A stretch of 64,000 nt of DNA from Cyanobium sp. NIES-981 (GTDB lineage Bacteria > Cyanobacteriota > Cyanobacteriia > PCC-6307 > Cyanobiaceae). The stretch spans positions 160,456 to 224,455 of the forward strand of contig CALRUA020000003.1 of the NCBI GenBank assembly GCA_943371215.1, in the 5' to 3' direction. Positions 9,609 to 16,204 of this stretch are shown piece after piece. Every line of letters starts with the position of its first letter. Positions within the stretch are counted from its first letter, which is position 1. The notes under the pieces are model-generated. The model was given only the letters and a program-made list of their open reading frames with translations. It was not told the origin of the DNA and made no database searches. The position numbers were made by a program, and so were the translations under genes.

Positions 9609-9645
9609 CGCCTCGCATTATTGGGAGGCCTGGCCCCGAGGGGCG

Positions 9646-10503
9646 ATGACTATCGCTTGCCTGCCCGTCACTCCCCAGCTGGAGCAACACCTGCGCGCCT
9701 GGCTGGCGGAAGATCTGGGCCGCGGCGACCTCACGGCGGCCGCCCTGGCCGGCTGCACCGGCAGGGCCCATTGGTTGGCGAAAGCTGATGGGGTGTTCTG
9801 CGGCGGTGTGCTGGTGGAGCCGCTGTTCCACCTGCTGGATCCAGGCGTGCAGTTACGCCTGCTCGTGGCCGATGGCGAGCCGGTGGTAGCCGGCCAGCGG
9901 CTGCTGGAGCTGGAGGGCCCGGCTGCGGCTCTGGTGGCCGGCGAGCGCACCGCCCTGAACCTGGCCATGCGGCTCTCCGGCATCGCTACCGCCACGGCGG
10001 CACTGGTGGCGGCTCTGGCGGGCACGGGTGTGGACTTGGCCGACACCCGTAAAACCAGCCCCGGCTTGCGGGTGCTGGAGAAGTACGCGGTGCGCTGCGG
10101 TGGTGGCCTCAACCATCGGCTAGGCCTGGATGACGCCGCCATGCTCAAGGAGAACCACCTGGCCTGGGCGGGGGGGGTTGCTGCCGCGATTGCGGCGGTG
10201 CGGGCCCAGGCGCCCTGGCCAGCGACGGTGATCGTGGAGGCGGAGACGGCGGAGGAGGCGGTGGCGGCGGTGCTCGCCGGCGCCGATGGGGTGCTGCTCG
10301 ACGAATTCCTCCCCGGTGAGTTACTCGCATTGGTGCCCCAGTTGCGGGCGTTGGCCCAGGGGCGGCAGTTGGTGCTGGAGGCCTCTGGGGTTCAACCCGA
10401 CCAGCTGCGGGCTTACGCGGCCACGGGCATTGATCTGATCTCCACCAGTGCGCCGATCACCCGCAGCGTTTGGCTTGATCTGAGCATGCGCTTTGCGGCT
10501 TGA
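9646..10503 (+). CDS. nadC: Nicotinate-nucleotide pyrophosphorylase (quinolinate phosphoribosyltransferase)
   Basis: 'AEDLGRGDLT', 'GERTALNLAMRLSGIAT' and 'DTRKTSPGLRVLEKYAVRCGGGLNHRLGL'. Start set at ATG 9646. Confidence 0.9.
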   Translation: MTIACLPVTPQLEQHLRAWLAEDLGRGDLTAAALAGCTGRAHWLAKADGVFCGGVLVEPLFHLLDPGVQLRLLVADGEPVVAGQRLLELEGPAAALVAGERTALNLAMRLSGIATATAALVAALAGTGVDLADTRKTSPGLRVLEKYAVRCGGGLNHRLGLDDAAMLKENHLAWAGGVAAAIAAVRAQAPWPATVIVEAETAEEAVAAVLAGADGVLLDEFLPGELLALVPQLRALAQGRQLVLEASGVQPDQLRAYAATGIDLISTSAPITRSVWLDLSMRFAA

Positions 10504-10537
10504 GTCGGCGCGTTGGCAGTGGGGCCTGCGGTCTGCA

Positions 10538-10551
10538 TACTGCGATCAGTA
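10538..10551. promoter_or_regulatory. 14-bp palindrome TACTG-CGAT-CAGTA in the nadC/binding-protein spacer (candidate operator)
   Basis: Perfect 5+4+5 dyad read directly from the sequence. It sits 15-28 nt upstream of the GTG at 10566, in the AT-richest part of the 62-nt spacer. Confidence 0.2.
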
Positions 10552-10565
10552 GACATCGAGGCTGA

Positions 10566-11516
10566 GTGGCTGCACAACTCCTCACTACCGGATCGAGGCC
10601 CTGGCGACGGGTTGCGGCAGGCCTCGGAGCCTTGGGCATCCTGACGCTCATGCCGGCGGCGGCTCAGGCTGAGGGCACTGTGCAGCGGGCGGCGCGCACC
10701 GGCCAGCTCGTCCTGAGCGGCTTGGCCGATGTGCCCCCCCTCGTGGTGACAACTCCCCAGGGGCAACCCAGTGGCTACGGCCTCTTGGTGGCCGATCGCA
10801 TCGCGGCCGAACTCTCCCGTGCCGTGGGTAAGCCGGTGACGGTGCGCTTTGCGCCGGTGGGTAATCCCGCCAGCCTGGTGGGCAGCATTACGAAGGGCCA
10901 GGCGGATCTCGCCTGCGGCTTTCCGTTCAGCTGGGAGCTGGACATGCAGGTGGACTTTTCATTGCCAATCGGGGTTTCCGGGTTGAGGTTGCTGGCGCCG
11001 GCCGGTCGTTTCGATGGCAGCCCTGTAGCCCTGGCCGGCCGGAAGATCGGGGTGGTGCGCCAATCGTTGGGTGAGACCGAGCTGAAAGGCATGCAGCCCA
11101 ACGCTACGGCGGTTGCCTTTGACAACCTTCAGGCGGCGGTGGCGGCCTTAAAGGCTGGAAACGTTGACGGCGTGGTCGGTGACACCATCGTGCTGGCCGG
11201 TTTGGTGCGTCAACAGGGTTTGAAAGGCTTGGCCTTGACCCCCGATTTCCCCTACGAGGCCTACGCGGTGAGCTGCGTGCTGGCCGAGAATGATTCCAGC
11301 TTCCGCAATCTGGTCAACCTGGCGATCGCCCGGCTGTTGCAGGGCTACCTCGACGGCCAGTCGGACACGGTCGCCGCGGTGAACCGTTGGCTGGGGCCGG
11401 GCAGCGCCGTGGGTCTGCCCGAAGCCACGATCCGCACCAGCTTCGAGGCGGTGTTGTTGGGGGTTGAGACCATCCGTCCGATTTCGGAAGACCAGGCCGC
11501 TCCCAACGCTCGCTAA
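10566..11516 (+). CDS. Orphan extracellular solute-binding-like protein, family 3 (amino-acid-type SBP fold)
   Basis: Leader 'GSRPWRRVAAGLGALGILTLMPAAAQA' (contains RR). SBP_bac_3-like blocks: 'GYGLLVADRIAAEL', 'DLACGFPFSWELDMQVDFSLP', 'LAGRKIGVVRQSLGE' and 'LKAGNVDGVVGDTIVL'. No permease or ATPase gene is adjacent. Confidence 0.8.
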   Translation: MAAQLLTTGSRPWRRVAAGLGALGILTLMPAAAQAEGTVQRAARTGQLVLSGLADVPPLVVTTPQGQPSGYGLLVADRIAAELSRAVGKPVTVRFAPVGNPASLVGSITKGQADLACGFPFSWELDMQVDFSLPIGVSGLRLLAPAGRFDGSPVALAGRKIGVVRQSLGETELKGMQPNATAVAFDNLQAAVAALKAGNVDGVVGDTIVLAGLVRQQGLKGLALTPDFPYEAYAVSCVLAENDSSFRNLVNLAIARLLQGYLDGQSDTVAAVNRWLGPGSAVGLPEATIRTSFEAVLLGVETIRPISEDQAAPNAR

Positions 11517-11549
11517 CCGGTTCGCTGATTCCCCTCCTCCGTTGCTGAC

Positions 11550-11948
11550 ATGGCGTTGTTCAACCGCTCCCATCTGTTTGGCCTGTTGCTGCTGGTCTCC
11601 CTGCCGCTCGATGGGGCGGCTGCCTTGGCCCTGGCCAGCGTCCAGGCCCCCCCCGCGAGCCCAAGCATCGAGGAACGGCTGAGCCGGATTGCGGCGGCCG
11701 TGCAGGAGCGTGAGGGCTCGCTGGGAGTGGCTGAGGGCCCAGCAGGTGTTGCCGACGATGCCCTCTCCTACGTGTTCGTGAACGGCTCCGGGCTGGGTTG
11801 GGGCAACGGTGGTTTCAACAATGGCGGCTTCTACAACGGCGGATTTAATAACGGCGGTTTCACGAACGGCGGCTTCTACAACGGGGGCTTCCGCAACGGC
11901 GGTTTCCGCAATGGCGGCTTCTTCAACGGCGGCCGCTACTGGCGCTGA
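11550..11948 (+). CDS. Secreted Gly/Asn/Phe-rich pentapeptide-repeat protein, putative radical SAM substrate (RiPP-like precursor)
   Basis: 132 aa. It has a Sec-type leader ('MALFNRSHLFGLLLLVSLPLDGAAALALASVQA'), an acidic helical spacer, then 'WGNGGFNNGGFYNGGFNNGGFTNGGFYNGGFRNGGFRNGGFFNGGRYWR'. No Cys. The stop shares TGATG with the radical SAM start. Confidence 0.85.
   Translation: MALFNRSHLFGLLLLVSLPLDGAAALALASVQAPPASPSIEERLSRIAAAVQEREGSLGVAEGPAGVADDALSYVFVNGSGLGWGNGGFNNGGFYNGGFNNGGFTNGGFYNGGFRNGGFRNGGFFNGGRYWR
11802..11933 (+). repeat. 15-nt-period coding repeat (aaY ggN ggN ttY NNN) x ~9, encoding x-N-G-G-F pentads
   Basis: Read directly: aacggtggtttcaac / aatggcggcttctac / aacggcggatttaat / aacggcggtttcacg / aacggcggcttctac / aacgggggcttccgc / aacggcggtttccgc / aatggcggcttcttc / aacggcggc. 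The units differ mostly at synonymous positions. Confidence 0.9.
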
Positions 11949-13141
11949 TGCCTGCTCCGCTAGCTGACGTGACTGCGGAGGTCCGCCAGGTCTATGGGCC
12001 TGTGAGGCTGTTGGTGGTGCAACCCACCCCCTACTGCAACCTCGATTGCGACTACTGCTACTTGCCTGATCGGGGCGATCGCGGTCGGCTGTCGTTTGAG
12101 GTTCTGGAGGTTGCACTCGAGCGGGTGCTGGATAGCCCCTACTTCGGGGGGGAGTTCACTCTGCTTTGGCATGCGGGCGAACCGCTCATGGTGCCGATCG
12201 CCTTTTACGACGAAGCCACGGAGCGGATTCATCGGCTGTTGGAACGACGCGGCCTGCCCCCCGGCACGATCGTGCAGTCGCTTCAGACCAACGCCACGGT
12301 GATCAACGCCGCTTGGTGCGACTGCTTCACGCGCAACGGCATCCACGTGGGCGTGAGCATGGATGGCCCTGCCTTTCTGCACGATGCCCACCGAGTCACC
12401 CGCACCGGCATGCCCACCCATGCCGCCGTTATGCGTGGCATCAGCTGGTTGGTGCGGCGGGGACTTCCCTTTCAGGTGATCTGCGTGCTCACCGCCGATG
12501 CCCTTGACCACGCCGATGCCATCGCCGACTTCTTCCTCCAGCACGGCATCACCGAGGTGGGCTTCAACATGGAGGAGACGGAGGGGTCGAATAGCCGCTC
12601 CAGCCTCGATGCCGGCGGCGCCGGGCAGATAGCCCTGGAGCAGCGCTACCGGGCGTTCATGGCACGGCTTTGGCAGCGCAGTCGCGAGCTGTCCGGACGC
12701 CTCCGCATTCGCGAGTTCGACGGCATTGCCAGCCTGGCCTGTAGTCAGGCGCGCATGGTTCAAACCGACATGAACACGCCCTTCGTGATCGTCAATGTCG
12801 ATGCCCGTGGCCAGGTGTCCACCTTCGATCCCGAATTGCTGTCGGTCAAGACGGCTAAGTACGGCGACTTCTCCTTTGGTAACGTGCTTGTCGACAGCCT
12901 CGAAGCTTTGGCCGGCACCGACAAGTTTCGTCGGGTGGCCGCGGAGATGCGGGCGGGGGTTGAGCTGTGCCGCGCTAGCTGTGAGCACTTCGGGCTTTGT
13001 GGTGGTGGCACCGGCAGCAACAAGTATTGGGAGCACGGCCGCTTCGACTGCACCCAAACTCAGCACTGCCGCTACCGCATCCAGCTGGTGGCCGACGTGG
13101 TGCTGGAGGGTCTGGAGCATGAGCTGGGCCTTAGCGCCTAA
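11948..13141 (+). CDS. Radical SAM enzyme with Cys-rich SPASM/twitch-like C-terminal domain (peptide-modifying maturase type)
   Basis: 'VVQPTPYCNLDCDYCYL' (CX3CX2C at aa 30-37), 'LLWHAGEPL' (GGE-like SAM motif), 'FGNVL', and C-terminal Cys at aa 265, 341, 345, 351, 368 and 374, including 'CRASCEHFGLCGGG'. No signal peptide or TM helix. Confidence 0.9.
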   Translation: MPAPLADVTAEVRQVYGPVRLLVVQPTPYCNLDCDYCYLPDRGDRGRLSFEVLEVALERVLDSPYFGGEFTLLWHAGEPLMVPIAFYDEATERIHRLLERRGLPPGTIVQSLQTNATVINAAWCDCFTRNGIHVGVSMDGPAFLHDAHRVTRTGMPTHAAVMRGISWLVRRGLPFQVICVLTADALDHADAIADFFLQHGITEVGFNMEETEGSNSRSSLDAGGAGQIALEQRYRAFMARLWQRSRELSGRLRIREFDGIASLACSQARMVQTDMNTPFVIVNVDARGQVSTFDPELLSVKTAKYGDFSFGNVLVDSLEALAGTDKFRRVAAEMRAGVELCRASCEHFGLCGGGTGSNKYWEHGRFDCTQTQHCRYRIQLVADVVLEGLEHELGLSA

Positions 13142-13211
13142 GCGGCTTTGGGAGAGGGGGCTAACGGCCTCCGCGGGATGATCAAAGAGAAACCTGCTAC
13201 GGCATGGCCCC

Positions 13212-15056
13212 ATGCTCCGCATCGCCCAAACCCTGAACGGCCAGCTGCGTGCGGCTATGGAACGGGCCTTCCCCGAGGCGGCGCACCAGGCTCACGCGGG
13301 TGGGCAGCCCCTCGATCCCCAGCTGGCGCCGGCCTCGAAGCCGGAATTCGGGGATTTCCAGGCCAATGGCGCTCTGCCCTTGGCCAAGCCCCTGGGGCAG
13401 CCGCCCCGAGCCATCGCCACGGCGATCGTGGAGCAGCTTGCGGCCGATCCGGCCTTTGATCAGCTCTGCGAAGCGCCCCAGATCGCCGGGCCCGGCTTCA
13501 TCAACCTCACCCTGCGGCCCGAGCGGCTGGCGGCTGAGCTTCAGGCCCGGCTGGGGGATCCGCGGCTGGGGGTGCCCAGCATGGTGGAGGAGGCCGCGGC
13601 GGCGGGGGAGTCCCTGGCCCCGGTGATCGTGGACTTCTCCAGCCCCAACATCGCCAAGGAGATGCACGTGGGACACCTGCGCTCCACGATCATTGGCGAT
13701 TCCCTGGCCCGGGTGCTGGAGTTTCGCGGCCACCCGGTGCTGCGGCTCAACCATGTGGGCGATTGGGGCACCCAGTTCGGGATGCTGATCACCCACCTCA
13801 AGCAGGTGGCTCCCGAGGCCCTCACCACCGCCGATGCGGTGGATCTAGGCGATCTGGTGGCCTTCTACCGCCAGGCCAAGGCCCGCTTCGACGACGACGA
13901 GGCCTTCCAGACCACTTCCCGGGAGGAAGTGGTGAAGTTGCAGAGCGGCGATCCCATCAGCCGCAAGGCCTGGCAGCTGCTCTGTGATCAGAGCCGCCGT
14001 GAATTCCAGAAGATCTACGACCGCCTCGACATCCGCCTCAGCGAGCGCGGCGAATCGTTTTACAACCCCTACCTGGAGGGAGTGGTAGCCGATCTGGATA
14101 CCTCCGGGTTGCTGGTCACCGACGATGGCGCCCGTTGCGTGTTCCTCGAGGGGGTCAGTGGCAAGGACGGAAAACCTTTGCCGGTGATCGTGCAGAAGAG
14201 GGATGGCGGTTTCAACTACGCCACCACCGATCTGGCCGCCATTCGCTACCGCTTCGGCTCAGCTCCCGCTGGGGACGGCGCCCGGCGGGTGATCTATGTG
14301 ACCGATGCGGGCCAGGCCAATCACTTCGCCGGCGTGTTCCAGGTGGCCCGCAGGGCCGGTTGGATCCCCGCCGATGGCCGCCTCGAGCACGTGCCCTTTG
14401 GCCTGGTGCAGGGCGAGGACGGCAAGAAGCTGAAAACCCGGGCTGGCGACACGGTGCGGCTGCGGGATCTGCTGGATGAGGCGGTGGAGCGGGCCGAGGC
14501 CGACCTGCAACGGCGCTTGGCGGAGGAGGAGCGGACGGAAGACGAGGCCTTCATCCAGCACGTGGCCACCACCGTGGGTCTGGCCGCTGTGAAGTACGCC
14601 GATCTCAGCCAGAACCGGATCACCAATTACCAGTTCAGTTTTGATCGGATGCTGGCGTTGCAGGGGAATACCGCTCCCTACTTGCTCTATGCCGTGGTGC
14701 GCATCGCTGGCATTGCCCGTAAGGGTGGAAACCTGGAGGCTGGTGGCGCTGAGGCAGCTGGATCCGGAGGCCAAGCCGCCCTCACCTTCACGGAACCGCA
14801 GGAATGGGCCCTGGTACGGGAACTGCTCAAGCTCGATGGCGTGATCGCCGAGGTGGAGGAGGAGTTACTGCCCAATCGTCTCTGCACCTACCTGTTCGAG
14901 CTGAGCCAGGTGTTCAACCGCTTCTACGACCAAGTGCCGGTGCTCAAGGCCGAAGAGTCTGCCCGCTCCTCCCGCCTGGCCCTCTGCCGCCTCACTGCCG
15001 ACACCCTCAGGCTGGGGCTGGGCCTGCTCGGCATCCCCACCCTGGAGCGGATGTGA
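13212..15056 (+). CDS. argS: Arginine--tRNA ligase
   Basis: Class I HIGH motif 'EMHVGHLRS' and a DALR anticodon-binding C-terminus ending 'IPTLERM'. Confidence 0.95.
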   Translation: MLRIAQTLNGQLRAAMERAFPEAAHQAHAGGQPLDPQLAPASKPEFGDFQANGALPLAKPLGQPPRAIATAIVEQLAADPAFDQLCEAPQIAGPGFINLTLRPERLAAELQARLGDPRLGVPSMVEEAAAAGESLAPVIVDFSSPNIAKEMHVGHLRSTIIGDSLARVLEFRGHPVLRLNHVGDWGTQFGMLITHLKQVAPEALTTADAVDLGDLVAFYRQAKARFDDDEAFQTTSREEVVKLQSGDPISRKAWQLLCDQSRREFQKIYDRLDIRLSERGESFYNPYLEGVVADLDTSGLLVTDDGARCVFLEGVSGKDGKPLPVIVQKRDGGFNYATTDLAAIRYRFGSAPAGDGARRVIYVTDAGQANHFAGVFQVARRAGWIPADGRLEHVPFGLVQGEDGKKLKTRAGDTVRLRDLLDEAVERAEADLQRRLAEEERTEDEAFIQHVATTVGLAAVKYADLSQNRITNYQFSFDRMLALQGNTAPYLLYAVVRIAGIARKGGNLEAGGAEAAGSGGQAALTFTEPQEWALVRELLKLDGVIAEVEEELLPNRLCTYLFELSQVFNRFYDQVPVLKAEESARSSRLALCRLTADTLRLGLGLLGIPTLERM

Positions 15057-16204
15057 TGAACCCACAGCAGAGGTTGGATCTGCCGGGGCCACAGCTCCCC
15101 CAGCCCCGCCCGGAGGTGGAGAGCCTCAAGGCCTATAGCGCTCCGCTGGAGGGGCGGCGCGGGTTGCTGCGGCTTGACTTCAACGAAAACACGGTGGGCC
15201 CGAGCCCCCGGGTGGTGGAGGCGATCCGGGCGATTCCCGCCGATCAGTACGCCATCTATCCCGAATACGACGGCCTGCGGGAGGCGGTGCTGGCCAACCT
15301 GGCCCTGCCGCTGGAGCCCAGCCAGATCGGCCTATTCAACGGGGTGGATGCGGCGATTCACGCCATCTTTCACGCCTATGGCGACCGGGGCGAGACGTTG
15401 CTCACCACCAGTCCCACCTTCGGTTACTACACCCCCTGCGCCCAGATGCAGGGCATGGCGATCGAGGCGATCCCGTATCGGCTGCCCGATTTCGCCTTCC
15501 CGCTGGAGGAGATCCGTGCTGCTGTGCTGGCACCAGGCAGCGTTGCCCAGCTCGGCTGGCGCGCCCCGCGGATCCTGCTGATCTGCAATCCCAACAACCC
15601 CACCGGCACGCGCCTGGCGCCGGAACCGATTCTTGCGTTGGCGGCGGCGGCCCCGGGCACCCTGGTGGTGGTGGATGAGCTCTACGAGGCCTTCACCGGC
15701 GACAGCGTGCTGCCCCTGGCGGATTTCGCGGCCACCCCCAACCTGTTGGTGCTGCGCTCCCTGGCTAAAACCGCGGGCCTGGCAGGCCTGCGCATTGGTT
15801 TTGCCATCGGCGCGGCGGCTGTGGTGGACCGGATCGCTCGGGTCACCGGCCCCTACGACATCAACAGCTTTGCGGTGACGGCGGCCCATGCCGCCCTGGC
15901 GGATCAGGGATACACCAATGCCTACGTGGCCGAGGTGCTCCAGGCCCGTGCTTGGTTGGTCGATCAGCTCCAGACCGCTGGCGTGCGTCACCATGCCGCT
16001 GGGGGTAACTACCTGCTGGTGTGGCCCAAGCAGGCCCCCGCCGATGTGGATGGGGCCCTGCGCCGGGCCGGCATCCTGGTGCGCTCCATGGCCGGCAAGC
16101 CCCTGATCGATGGCTCCCTGAGGGTGAGCTTGGGCACCACTGCCCAGATGCAGCAGTTCTGGCAGGCCTACGCGCGCATCGAGGGTCTGCTGCCGTCGGC
16201 GTGA
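15056..16204 (+). CDS. hisC: Histidinol-phosphate aminotransferase-like class I/II aminotransferase
   Basis: 'LRLDFNENTVGPSP', 'ICNPNNPTG' and 'VLRSLAKTAGLAGLRIGF' (PLP-Lys region). The ATG at 15056 overlaps the argS stop (TGATG). Confidence 0.8.
   Translation: MNPQQRLDLPGPQLPQPRPEVESLKAYSAPLEGRRGLLRLDFNENTVGPSPRVVEAIRAIPADQYAIYPEYDGLREAVLANLALPLEPSQIGLFNGVDAAIHAIFHAYGDRGETLLTTSPTFGYYTPCAQMQGMAIEAIPYRLPDFAFPLEEIRAAVLAPGSVAQLGWRAPRILLICNPNNPTGTRLAPEPILALAAAAPGTLVVVDELYEAFTGDSVLPLADFAATPNLLVLRSLAKTAGLAGLRIGFAIGAAAVVDRIARVTGPYDINSFAVTAAHAALADQGYTNAYVAEVLQARAWLVDQLQTAGVRHHAAGGNYLLVWPKQAPADVDGALRRAGILVRSMAGKPLIDGSLRVSLGTTAQMQQFWQAYARIEGLLPSA

Noticed and set aside
10145-10330. 61-aa minus-strand ORF with a poly-Pro run ('PPPPPPPPSPPP')
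   Set aside because: It is the reverse complement of the GAG/GCG-rich 'EAETAEEAVAAV' segment of nadC. Low-complexity artefact.
10578-10589. 'ACTCCTCACTAC', resembling the Yfr1 sRNA core motif ACUCCUCACAC
   Set aside because: The match is partial, lies inside the signal-peptide-coding part of the SBP gene, and has no flanking stem-loops.
11802-11933. The 15-nt periodic repeat considered as a CRISPR array or non-coding VNTR
   Set aside because: There are no spacers. The period is a multiple of 3, the repeat lies in an ORF with proper start and stop, and the variation is concentrated at synonymous positions. It is a coding pentapeptide repeat.
11148-12116. 322-aa minus-strand ORF covering the Gly-rich repeat region, translating as periodic 'AAVEEAAIAETAVAEAPVVEAAV...'
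   Set aside because: Its periodicity is simply the reverse complement of the NGGF repeat. The plus-strand reading has a signal peptide, a clean ATG and a TGATG coupling to the rSAM gene. The minus ORF would also run antisense through the SBP 3' end and the rSAM 5' end.
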